A DNA stretch of 64,000 nucleotides, taken from the NCBI GenBank assembly GCA_964418185.1, contig CAYQKL010000004.1:25039-89038 (forward strand). The letters run 5' to 3'. Position numbers and translations under genes: made by a program. Every line of letters begins with the position of its first letter. The stretch's first letter is position 1. Positions 1 through 9,290 of this stretch are shown here, piece after piece. The DNA is from an uncultured bacterium (lineage in GTDB: Bacteria; Hydrothermota; Tepidihabitantia; SM23-42; JAOAFX01). Under the pieces are notes generated by a model that did not search any database, had not been told where the DNA came from, and worked only from the letters and a program-made list of their open reading frames with translations.

Positions 1-255
1 TTGATATGCGGTCAAATCCATTATTGGCATTAATAAGATTGAATATCCAGTTCTCATTGTATCTGAGGCATCATATACCCTCTGCCTTACCTGGTATGAA
101 TCCGGTATCGCAGCCCCATAAACAAAACGATACCAGGTGGTCATATTCGAATTTGATTTAAGTGTATCCCAGCCTGCTGGTGGAAATTGGGGATTTGTAA
201 AACTTTCAATCAAGATCGACGTCTGGTTTAATAAAAAGAATAGAAGAAATTGCAC
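1..255 (-). CDS. Secreted protein, N-terminal part (runs off window start); MAM/choice-of-anchor-J-like N-terminus
   Basis: Not in the ORF track. Manual translation from GTG at 255: MQFLLFFLLNQTSILIESFTNPQFPPAGWDTLKSNSNMTTWYRF..., open to base 1. ESF..PQFPPAGW resembles N-termini of secreted FCB-type proteins. Promoter-like TTGACT-16-TATAAT directly upstream. Confidence 0.6.
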   Translation of the reverse strand, partial: MQFLLFFLLNQTSILIESFTNPQFPPAGWDTLKSNSNMTTWYRFVYGAAIPDSYQVRQRVYDASDTMRTGYSILLMPIMDLTAYQ

Positions 256-442
256 ACAGGATTATATTTCTATTTTATGAAAAGTCAAGCCATTATCCTT
301 GGTGTTCGCAGTATCTTAGTAGCAATTCGCTATGAGGCTAAATCCAGGATGTAAACTCTATTTTGTTATAAATAGTCTTGCTGCCTCCGTTTACATGCTT
401 GACTTAGTAGATTTATGGAATATTATCTATAATGGAGAAGCA

Positions 443-1792
443 ATGATTATACTATTCTTGTTCACCATTACGCCATATTATTTTATCCATTATTCTGACC
501 CGCAGATCGGTAGAAATCAATATACTGTGCCTTATTGTTCAAGCGCGGTCAGCCAGATTATGTCAATGACTCCTCAGCCTTCTTTCATGATCGTCTGTGG
601 TGATATGGCAGATAATCAGAACGATACGAATATTTTGTTAAACCAGTGGCGTATCTGTGACAGCCTTTTCAATATGATATCAGTGCCAAAATTCTTTGCA
701 CCTGGCAATCACGATATCGGTTACGCAAGTGATACCTGCTGGAAACCTGCCCGCCTTTCCCTATATCGTAATCTCTGGAATTCAGATTACTATACTTTTC
801 AGTATGACTCCTGTTTGTTCATTTCATTGAATTCTACGCTCCTTGATACATACTCAAGCCATCCCTGTTATGCCTATTCGCTTGAGCAGGATAGTTTTTT
901 GAGGGTAACTCTGAATTATTCTCAGGATTCATCATACCGGCATATCTTTCTGTTTTTCCATTTTCCGCTTTATGTATCCTCACCTTCTGAGGCAAACAGT
1001 CTTAATAATGTTGATCGTCCGCGAAGGGATACATTACTTAAATATCTGCGAGATTACAATATTTCAGGAATATTTACCGGGCATCTCCATTATGACTTGC
1101 TTAACTTTCATGGACCCTCTTTGTTGATGACCGGGCTCCCTACCTGTGAGACTAACATCAACTCCTGTGGGTATCGTGTGGTGAAGGTATATGAGAATGG
1201 CATTGAGACCTTTGTTGTGTATCTATCCGCACCAATAGGTTCTGTCTCAATGGTACCTATAGTTCAGGCACAGGTCCAGTCTGAGACACTCTTTGTCAAC
1301 ACACCGTTCTGGTTCAATTGCACTATTGATACAATAAACTATCCCCAGTGGCAGGGTGCGACTATAAGGTGGATCTTCCAACCTGGTGATACATTATACA
1401 TACCTTCAGGCAATTCTATCTATACCCAACCTGGCAATTATCAGATACTCTGTCAGGTTTATAGATCGCCCCATTACTCTGCACTATACCGATTTTTTGT
1501 TTATGTACGTGAAGGTGCTCCTACGACCGAGATCAAGTTCAATTATCTTGAGACCTTACCTACTTTTTTTAATTCCATCGGTGATAAACTATCTGTGATT
1601 TCTCCAGTTGAACAACACTGTAGTATTTTTGGCTATTCAGTCGATGGTAGAAAATTTGATATTTATAAAGGCATATTGAAAAAGGGGAAGCAGGCAATCT
1701 CATTACCGGCATATATTGGTACAGGGGTTTACTTTGTTCAATCAGACTATCAGAATGGGAGCCAATTTCATAAATTTATCTATTTAAGATAA
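443..1792 (+). CDS. Secreted calcineurin-like metallophosphoesterase with PKD-like domain and T9SS-like C-terminal domain
   Basis: Motifs HYSDPQ, CGDM, PGNHD, FHFP, GHLH; C-terminal GVYFV...KFIYLR. Start moved from 332 to ATG 443 (GGAG at 434-437, hydrophobic N-terminus). Confidence 0.8.
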   Translation: MIILFLFTITPYYFIHYSDPQIGRNQYTVPYCSSAVSQIMSMTPQPSFMIVCGDMADNQNDTNILLNQWRICDSLFNMISVPKFFAPGNHDIGYASDTCWKPARLSLYRNLWNSDYYTFQYDSCLFISLNSTLLDTYSSHPCYAYSLEQDSFLRVTLNYSQDSSYRHIFLFFHFPLYVSSPSEANSLNNVDRPRRDTLLKYLRDYNISGIFTGHLHYDLLNFHGPSLLMTGLPTCETNINSCGYRVVKVYENGIETFVVYLSAPIGSVSMVPIVQAQVQSETLFVNTPFWFNCTIDTINYPQWQGATIRWIFQPGDTLYIPSGNSIYTQPGNYQILCQVYRSPHYSALYRFFVYVREGAPTTEIKFNYLETLPTFFNSIGDKLSVISPVEQHCSIFGYSVDGRKFDIYKGILKKGKQAISLPAYIGTGVYFVQSDYQNGSQFHKFIYLR

Positions 1793-1874
1793 TGTCTGTT
1801 AAGATAATGCCTGCGAGTATTTTGTGTTTTTAATCACCCCTTGCATTTTTTTCTAATCTGGATATTATCTATCT

Positions 1875-2885
1875 ATGCAGACGTTGTATTTCTTAGATTT
1901 AAGAAAGAAGCAAAAAGAGAGTTTTCTTAAGATGTTTGAAAAACTTATTGAGATCTCTGAAGGGGTAAAATTAGTTGAAAAAGATGCAATCGTTGCGGTC
2001 AAGACTCATTTTGGTGAGGATGGAAATCTGCATTATGTTAATCCACTTTATGTGCGTAAGGTTGTTGAATTTATAAGAAGGTCAGCCGGGAGACCATTTT
2101 TAACCGATACAACGACTCTTTATTCAGGCAGAAGATTTAAGGGTGATACCCATATTGAACTGGCCCGTGAGCACGGGTTTGATTTTGCACCGATAGTGAT
2201 TGCTGATGGAATTTTTGGTGATGAATATATTGATGTAAATGGGTGTAAAATTGCAAAGATTTTTAAGAATATAGATACAATTTTTTGTATTAGCCATTTT
2301 AAGGGACATCTGCTTACTGGTTTTGGTGCTGCTTTGAAAAATCTTGGTATGGGGTGTGCATCAAAAGGTGGAAAGCTACAGTTGCATTCCCGTTCCCATC
2401 CATATGTTGATAAAGAAAGATGTAACTTCTGTTTGAAATGCTATGATTACTGTGCCTACAATGCAATTGAAAAAGAGAAAAAGAATGTGCAGATAAATCA
2501 GAATAAATGCTCAGGCTGTGCAGGTTGTATGTCAATATGTCCAGTCAGGGCAATAAAATTTTCCTGGAGTGCGGCATCTGAGGAAGTGCAGAAAGGTATT
2601 GCTCAGTATACAGCAAATTTCGTAAAGAACAAGAGAGTTTTCTATCTGAATTTCCTTACCAATATCACACCTGATTGTGACTGCCTGTACAATGCTGAAC
2701 CTCCAATATGCCCGGATATCGGAATTCTTGCCGGTCTTGACCCGGTGGCAATTGACCAGGCTTCTTACGATATGGCAAAGGACCATATTGATAAAATGCG
2801 TCCGGATATTGATTCCCAGATACAACTATACTATGGTGAAAAATTTGGTGCAGGGGAGAGGAGTTATGAAATTAAAAGAATATGA
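1875..2885 (+). CDS. DUF362-family Fe-S protein with 2x[4Fe-4S] ferredoxin domain
   Basis: VAVKTHFGE, SHFKGH..TGFGAALKNLGMG; CNFCLKCYDYC and CSGCAGCMSICP motifs; TPDCDC. Confidence 0.85.
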   Translation: MQTLYFLDLRKKQKESFLKMFEKLIEISEGVKLVEKDAIVAVKTHFGEDGNLHYVNPLYVRKVVEFIRRSAGRPFLTDTTTLYSGRRFKGDTHIELAREHGFDFAPIVIADGIFGDEYIDVNGCKIAKIFKNIDTIFCISHFKGHLLTGFGAALKNLGMGCASKGGKLQLHSRSHPYVDKERCNFCLKCYDYCAYNAIEKEKKNVQINQNKCSGCAGCMSICPVRAIKFSWSAASEEVQKGIAQYTANFVKNKRVFYLNFLTNITPDCDCLYNAEPPICPDIGILAGLDPVAIDQASYDMAKDHIDKMRPDIDSQIQLYYGEKFGAGERSYEIKRI

Positions 2886-3966
2886 GTTGAAGAAAAAGAT
2901 CAAAAATCTTGAAACCCTTATCGATACCTCTCTGGTTTTTTCTTCAATTCTTGATATTGATGCATTATTAAATATCATTCTGCAGAAGGCTGAAGAGTTG
3001 ATGGATGCTGAGGCCTCAAGTGTATTTCGTATTGATGAAGAGAAAAATGAATTATATTTTATGACCGCACGGGGTGAGAAAGGTAAGGAAGTAAAAGAAA
3101 TTCGTATACCAATGGGTAAGGGGATTGTGGGTTGGGTTGCGGAGCACAAGAAACCATTACTGGTTGCTGATGTCACAAAGGACCCACGGTGGTTTAAGGG
3201 TGTTGATAAGAAAACAAAGTTCGTGACCCGCTCCATTATTGCAGTTCCACTTTTCGTCAAAGGTAAGATTATTGGCGTTGCTGAAGTATTGAACAAACGG
3301 GGAAACAAGAAATTTGATGAAGAAGATCTGGAGATGTATACTGCCCTGGCAAATCAGATTGCTATTGCCATTGAAAATGCCTCACTCTACAAAGAACTGG
3401 ATGAACTCTTCCTATCTTCAATAAGAGCGATTGTGGAGGCGATTGATGCAAAAGACCCTTATACCAAGGGTCATTCAGCCCGGGTTGTTGAGTATGCCCT
3501 CTTGATTGGTGAAGGAATGGATCTTGATAAAGAAGTCCTGAAAGACCTTGAACTTTCAGCGGTCTTGCACGATGTTGGCAAAATAGGTATTCCGGATAAA
3601 ATTCTCTCTAAACCAGGACTTCTTACTGATGAAGAGTATGCCTATATGAAACGTCATCCAGAACTGGGCGCAGAGATTGTGGAGCCCATAAAGAAATTAA
3701 AGAAACTTGTACCTGATATATTACACCATCACGAGAAGTACAATGGCAAAGGTTATCCCCTTGGTTTGAAAGGTAATCAGATACCGCTTGGCGCACGAAT
3801 CATTGCAATTGCAGATTCATTCGATGCAATGACTTCAGACCGGCCATACCGTCCGCGAATGGAGATTCAGGTTGCCTTGCAGGAAATAAGAAACAATCGT
3901 GGAACACAATTTGACCCACAACTCGCCAATATATTTATAATGGTGGTTGAGAAACAATTCCAGTGA
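2866..3966 (+). CDS. GAF + HD-GYP cyclic dinucleotide phosphodiesterase
   Basis: GAF (GIVGWVAE...IIAVPL), then DAKDPYTKGHS, LHDVGKIG, HHHEKYNGKGYP. Start moved to ATG 2866 (GAGG upstream), overlapping the previous gene. Confidence 0.9.
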   Translation: MKLKEYELKKKIKNLETLIDTSLVFSSILDIDALLNIILQKAEELMDAEASSVFRIDEEKNELYFMTARGEKGKEVKEIRIPMGKGIVGWVAEHKKPLLVADVTKDPRWFKGVDKKTKFVTRSIIAVPLFVKGKIIGVAEVLNKRGNKKFDEEDLEMYTALANQIAIAIENASLYKELDELFLSSIRAIVEAIDAKDPYTKGHSARVVEYALLIGEGMDLDKEVLKDLELSAVLHDVGKIGIPDKILSKPGLLTDEEYAYMKRHPELGAEIVEPIKKLKKLVPDILHHHEKYNGKGYPLGLKGNQIPLGARIIAIADSFDAMTSDRPYRPRMEIQVALQEIRNNRGTQFDPQLANIFIMVVEKQFQ

Positions 3967-5630
3967 AAAATCGATTTGTTATAAGTATCATAATATCCCT
4001 TTCTGTCGTTGCTGTCGTCAACATCCTCTGTCTCTACAAACCTCTTTATAGACCGTTTGAAAGCAAAATCTATGACTTGAAATACCGATTTTCCCTTACC
4101 CAAAAAACCATTGATGATATTGTTATTGTTGATATTGATGAGAATAGCCTGGAAAGACTCGGCCGTTACCAGAACTGGCCCAGGGCATATTTTACTGAGG
4201 TTATTGATTATCTGAAGAGTGCAAAAGTAATAGGGATTGATATCTTTTTTGGTGAACCTGATACCCTACCATTGTATGCCCGTAAATACTATGAAAAACC
4301 GAATTTTGACTCTCTGCTGATCCCCGTGCTTCTGAATAACAAAAATGTGATTCTCGTTTCTTCAATAGACAAAGAGCCTGTATTTAGCAATGTCTGTGCC
4401 ACAGGTATCGGCGAAATCATTGCGGACGAAGATGGCGTTGTTAGAAAAGGATATACAAATATCAATCAGAAGCCGACATTTGCCTATCAGATATGCCGTT
4501 TTGTCAACCGTGATTTTAAAGAGAAGAGATTTTTTATCCATTATCTGGATGCAGGTTCATTCCGTAGAATCCCATTCAGTGATTTGTATTTACAACGGAT
4601 ACCCAGAGAATACTTTGAGGGTCGAATAGTACTAATAGGTGGCACCGCTTATGGACTTTTTGATTACCATGCTGTACCTTTTAGAAGACACTTCCCGGGG
4701 ATTTTGATTCAGGCAAATCTCGTAAATAATCTTATTAACAATATCAAAGTGAATGAATTTCCGTATATTTATATTCTGATGATAACTCTGGTATGTTCCT
4801 TTCTCATTGCTTTGTTTACGATCTTTGGATCAATAAAGAAATATATTTTGTCTTACATCTTCCTTTCTCTTTTTGTTCTGATTCTTTCATTACTGCTGTT
4901 TTATCAGCGTATTGAGTTTGGATTTGTTCGGACCTATTATGCTTTAATTTTTACAATCATTGCTGCGCTTATCTATAGATATCAGTTTGAGGAAAGAGAA
5001 AAGCGGCGTATAAAATCCGTTTTTTCGCGTTACTATTCAAGAGAACTTGTAGAGAAGGTAATAAAAGAACCACTAAAACTCGGTGGCGAAAAGGTACACT
5101 GCACAATGATTTTTGCTGATATCAGGAATTTTACACCCTACACCGAGAAGTCGTCACCTGAAGCAGTTGCCCAGGCATTGAATAAATTCCTGACCGAAAT
5201 GGTGTTGATCGTATTCAAATATCAGGGTAGGGTTGATAAATTCATTGGCGATTGTGTGATGGCAGTATTTGGTCACCCGGTAAATTTAAAGAATTCCGCA
5301 TTGAATGCCTGCTTGTGTGCACGGGAAATGGTGAAACGAGCACGCGAAATGGGGTTTGAGATTGGTGTGGGTATAAACTCTGGTGAGGTCGTGAGTGGAA
5401 ATTTTGGTTCGCCAATGAGGATGGAATACACCGTGATTGGTGACGCTGTGAATCTTGCCTCACGGCTTGAGGGGCAGACCAAAGAATTCAAAGTGAATAT
5501 TATTGTTGGTGAGGCAACCTACAAGATGGTATCTTCACATCCCACAATTGAGCTAAAATTCAGGGAACTGGGAAAGGTGAGGGTGAAGGGTAAGGAAGAA
5601 GAGACCAGCGTCTATGAACTCTTTTTGTGA
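3963..5630 (+). CDS. CHASE2-domain class III adenylate/guanylate cyclase
   Basis: CHASE2 (IVIVDIDENSL..LG.YQNWPR), 3 TM segments, FADIRNFT, DKFIGDCVMAVFG, YTVIGDAVNLASRLE. GTGA overlap with the upstream HD-GYP gene. Confidence 0.9.
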   Translation: MKNRFVISIIISLSVVAVVNILCLYKPLYRPFESKIYDLKYRFSLTQKTIDDIVIVDIDENSLERLGRYQNWPRAYFTEVIDYLKSAKVIGIDIFFGEPDTLPLYARKYYEKPNFDSLLIPVLLNNKNVILVSSIDKEPVFSNVCATGIGEIIADEDGVVRKGYTNINQKPTFAYQICRFVNRDFKEKRFFIHYLDAGSFRRIPFSDLYLQRIPREYFEGRIVLIGGTAYGLFDYHAVPFRRHFPGILIQANLVNNLINNIKVNEFPYIYILMITLVCSFLIALFTIFGSIKKYILSYIFLSLFVLILSLLLFYQRIEFGFVRTYYALIFTIIAALIYRYQFEEREKRRIKSVFSRYYSRELVEKVIKEPLKLGGEKVHCTMIFADIRNFTPYTEKSSPEAVAQALNKFLTEMVLIVFKYQGRVDKFIGDCVMAVFGHPVNLKNSALNACLCAREMVKRAREMGFEIGVGINSGEVVSGNFGSPMRMEYTVIGDAVNLASRLEGQTKEFKVNIIVGEATYKMVSSHPTIELKFRELGKVRVKGKEEETSVYELFL

Positions 5631-5675
5631 GTGTGCAGGAGGTTTTTTCGTAACTGCACCAGCATGAGATGACAG

Positions 5676-7007
5676 ATGGATAAGATATCTAATGGTAAGA
5701 GAATTTCAATTTTGGAGGGAGTATTCGCTCAGTTCCATATCACCTTAACCGGTGGTATGTTTCTTACTGCATTCGCACTATTTCTGAAAGCAAATCCATT
5801 CCAGATGGGTATTCTTACTGCAATCCCATCACTACTTGCCGGCGCTGGTTTTTTCTCCGCATATATTGCTAATATTATTGGCAAGAGAAAAACCCCAAAT
5901 CTTTTCACAGCATTGATGGGAAGAAGCCTTTTCATATTTTTCATTATTGGACTTGTATTTAATCTTCGTATCAGTATTGGTTTCTTTTTTGTTATTGTTT
6001 TCTTTTTTAATCTTCTTATGAATTTTTCGGGAAATCTCTGGTTCTCCTGGATGAGTGACCTGGTGCCAAAAGACGAGCGTGGAAGCTATTTTGGTATTAG
6101 AAATACTATTATCAGTGCAGTGGGCATGGTCGTCAATTATCTCGGGGGTAAGATTCTTGATATTTGCGCTCCCAGTCAGGCGTTTATCATCATATTTTCC
6201 GTGGCGGTTTTCTTTGCGGTACTCGCAGGCATTACACTATCATTTCAGCCTGAGCCAGGTTTTGAAAGAAAGGCAATCCATTTCAAGGATGTCTTTTTGA
6301 AACCCCTCAGTGATGAGAATTTTCTTGCCCTTGTCAAATTTGTATCATTCTGGTATTTTTTTGCAGGTATCGCCGCACCATTCTGGGTTGTTCATATGAT
6401 AAAGAATTTACAAATGGAATATTCAACGATTGCAATCTATGGCATAATTGCGGGTATAGCAAGTCTGGTCTTTCAAATTTTCTGGGGAAAGTTGATTGAC
6501 CGGGTAAAATCAAAGCCAATACTTGCAATAAATTTTGTGGGTATTACTTTTTTGCCCATTATCTGGCTCTTTGCACGTCCTGATTTTATCCTGCCGATAT
6601 GGATAGATGCATTTTTCAGTGGTTTATTCTGGTGTGGTATCAACTTGAGTCTATTCAACATTCTGTTGAGTTTGACTGAGGAAAAAGAATTGAAAGAGTC
6701 ATATTTTGCAGTATTTTCAACAATCACCGGTATCTGTGGTTTTCTTTCCTCCATTTTGGGTGGTTTAATTGCCCAGTTGCTCGTCAGTCTTAAATTCGAA
6801 TTTTTGGGTCAAACCTTCGTCAATTTCCACATTCTTTTCATCGGTACATCATTATTTAGATTCCTCAGTATGTTTTTACTGAAAAGGGTTAAGGAAAAAG
6901 AGGCATATCCAACCCTTCACGCGCTGCAGCTCATTGGTGACTATGCAGTTAGACGACTGAACGAGCACAAAGATTTGCTTTTGAATACCTTGAGGTTTAC
7001 GAAATAA
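5676..7007 (+). CDS. MFS transporter
   Basis: About 12 hydrophobic segments; WMSDLVP..ERGSYFG and WGKLIDRVKSK loop motifs. Confidence 0.85.
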   Translation: MDKISNGKRISILEGVFAQFHITLTGGMFLTAFALFLKANPFQMGILTAIPSLLAGAGFFSAYIANIIGKRKTPNLFTALMGRSLFIFFIIGLVFNLRISIGFFFVIVFFFNLLMNFSGNLWFSWMSDLVPKDERGSYFGIRNTIISAVGMVVNYLGGKILDICAPSQAFIIIFSVAVFFAVLAGITLSFQPEPGFERKAIHFKDVFLKPLSDENFLALVKFVSFWYFFAGIAAPFWVVHMIKNLQMEYSTIAIYGIIAGIASLVFQIFWGKLIDRVKSKPILAINFVGITFLPIIWLFARPDFILPIWIDAFFSGLFWCGINLSLFNILLSLTEEKELKESYFAVFSTITGICGFLSSILGGLIAQLLVSLKFEFLGQTFVNFHILFIGTSLFRFLSMFLLKRVKEKEAYPTLHALQLIGDYAVRRLNEHKDLLLNTLRFTK

Positions 7008-7098
7008 GCAGGTGAAATTAGCCCGGATTGTTGCATCTCTCAGCATATTTATCTAATGTGGAAAGTGATTTAGGAGAAAAAATATCAGTCAATTCTCT

Positions 7099-8025
7099 TC
7101 AGTCGGTGACAACATTTATTGCCTGTGGGATTATTGCGATTTCAACTTCTTTTGCCTTTTCTTCTTCACCATCAATGTCGGCAAGGAATACTTTCTTAGA
7201 GACTATTTTCAATCTGTTGGTCTTAAAATAATACAATTTCTCGTATGCTAAATGTTTCGCATCATAGACTGGCAATAATACATTTATAATAAATTTAATC
7301 AGGTTTGTGTCCCTTACATAGAGTACTTCAAGAAAACCATCATCAAGGCGTGCCATCGGCGCAATATTCATTCCACCTCCGAAGTATTTCCCATTAGTTG
7401 CGCCGATAATCATAATTTTGCCTTTATCCCTTAATTCATTATTTACATAGATTTTCAGATCAGTGGATTTATAGGTAAGAAGTCCGGCAAGACTTGAAAG
7501 CAAGAAGGCTAAAAATCCGCCAAGTCTCTTGGGAATATGATTGGCTATCCTGGCGACATTTCCTCCAAGTCCGATATCAAACACATTGGCGAAATATCTA
7601 TGCCACTGGCGTTTTTCATCTTTGAATTTCACCATACCTATATCTATTGTTTTCAATTTTCCGCTAAGGGTCGTTTCAAGTGCCTTCTGATATTCAAAAG
7701 GGATGCCCAGACTCCTGCACAAATCTGCACCGGTGCCGGCAGAGATAATCCCGAGTGCCGGCAATACACAACTGCCTTTTCTGCATTCCATCATTCCATT
7801 GATGATTTCATTCATTGTGCCATCACCACCAACACCAATAATCAAATCAAATCCTTTCTGTGCTGCTTCGGCGGCAAGTTTTCTTGCGTGGAATCGGTAT
7901 TGGGTTAATACTATGTTTTGTTCACAACCTCTTTTCTTAAGGTCTTCCTTGATTTTTGTTAATAATCGGCCTGCAACATAGGCGCCAGCTGTGGCATTCA
8001 CAATAACCTGAACTTTCTTAAACAC
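7099..8025 (-). CDS. Diacylglycerol kinase-family lipid kinase (YegS/BmrU-like)
   Basis: IVNATAG, GVGGDGTMNE, GTGADL, NGKYFGGGMNIAP, DGE motifs. Confidence 0.9.
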   Translation of the reverse strand: MFKKVQVIVNATAGAYVAGRLLTKIKEDLKKRGCEQNIVLTQYRFHARKLAAEAAQKGFDLIIGVGGDGTMNEIINGMMECRKGSCVLPALGIISAGTGADLCRSLGIPFEYQKALETTLSGKLKTIDIGMVKFKDEKRQWHRYFANVFDIGLGGNVARIANHIPKRLGGFLAFLLSSLAGLLTYKSTDLKIYVNNELRDKGKIMIIGATNGKYFGGGMNIAPMARLDDGFLEVLYVRDTNLIKFIINVLLPVYDAKHLAYEKLYYFKTNRLKIVSKKVFLADIDGEEEKAKEVEIAIIPQAINVVTD

Positions 8026-8027
8026 TT

Positions 8028-9281
8028 TCAGTCTGTATTATTGCGATTCTTGAAAAATACAAATCCAATTGCTGAAAAAAGGGCAATGACGCAGATTATA
8101 CCCCAGATAATGATTGAGCGTCCTACGAATAAATCAAGAAGGATACCGCCAAGTAAGGGTCCGAATGCCCAGCCAAAGGTTTGTGCAAGATTGTAAAAAG
8201 CCAGATATCTGCCCCGATTTTCTACGCGAGCAATTTTTGACGCATAACTCTGACTTGCGGGTGTGATTACCATTTCCGCGGTTGTAATGATTGCCATTGA
8301 GACTATGAGGAATGAAAAGTTCTGGGCAAATCCAACAGAAAGATAACCAACTGCATAGATTAGAGAACCAATCCATAGTGCTGAAAGTTCTCTTTTATCA
8401 GGTACAAGATAGGTTATGATATACTGAAAAAGAGCAACCATAAAACCGTTGATTGAGAATAGAATGCCGAGTTGGGCTTTTGTAATACCAATACGATTGA
8501 CCGTGTATATTGAGAGTGGTGAAACAAGTTGACCCCAGACAATGAAAATAGTAAAAGAAATCAATGTAAAGGTTAGAAATCTCTGGTCATAGATTACTGA
8601 AAGCATTTCTCCAAAATTGATGCTGAAGCCCTGGTTCTTCTGCTTCGTCGGAGCCTGGAATCCCGCAGATGTATTGGGTTGGGTTCTATTTTTATATGGT
8701 TCCTTACAGAAATTGATCAAAATGATTGTCGCAATGAGCATAAAGAAGGCCGTGACAAAAAAGAGATATGCGTAATCTATGCTTGCAAGCAGACCTCCGA
8801 TCGCCGGACCAATTGCCCAGCCCAAATTCCCACCCATTCGCAGCAAGCCATAGGCAGAGAGTCGTTCTTTTTCTGATGTTAAATCTGCAATATATGCCTG
8901 TGATGCGGGGATATAGAATGAAAACAGAATTGAATTCGCAATGAGAAAGAGGAAAATGACATAAATATTCTGCCAGCGTAAAATGATGCCCCCCATCAGA
9001 ACAAACAGAAAAAATCTGCCAAAGACCGAACGGACCATTATAAATCTTCTACCGAATCTATCGCTGAGTTCACCTCCATAGAGTCCTACACTTGCTCCGA
9101 TGACTTGAGCAATCATCAATATTGTTCCCACAAGGGTCATAGAAATATGCAGGATATTGTTCATATAAAGACTCATATATGGCATTGTAATGGAAAATCC
9201 AACAGCGCTGACCATACTTGTCACAAACAACGCCCAGATGTCCTTTGGAAAGTTTCTGGGCAGAAGTGAGTATTTATTCAT
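8028..9281 (-). CDS. MFS transporter
   Basis: MFS motif A GELSDRFGRR; GNLGWAIGPAIGG; about 12 TM segments. Confidence 0.9.
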   Translation of the reverse strand: MNKYSLLPRNFPKDIWALFVTSMVSAVGFSITMPYMSLYMNNILHISMTLVGTILMIAQVIGASVGLYGGELSDRFGRRFIMVRSVFGRFFLFVLMGGIILRWQNIYVIFLFLIANSILFSFYIPASQAYIADLTSEKERLSAYGLLRMGGNLGWAIGPAIGGLLASIDYAYLFFVTAFFMLIATIILINFCKEPYKNRTQPNTSAGFQAPTKQKNQGFSINFGEMLSVIYDQRFLTFTLISFTIFIVWGQLVSPLSIYTVNRIGITKAQLGILFSINGFMVALFQYIITYLVPDKRELSALWIGSLIYAVGYLSVGFAQNFSFLIVSMAIITTAEMVITPASQSYASKIARVENRGRYLAFYNLAQTFGWAFGPLLGGILLDLFVGRSIIIWGIICVIALFSAIGFVFFKNRNNTD

Positions 9282-9290
9282 CCTTTTGTT

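Noticed and set aside
332-442. N-terminal extension of the phosphoesterase ORF given in the track
   Set aside because: Spans the promoter; the SD and hydrophobic N-terminus point to ATG 443.
2677-2865. 63-aa N-terminal extension of the GAF-HD-GYP ORF
   Set aside because: Overlaps the DUF362 gene in another frame; SD-supported ATG at 2866.
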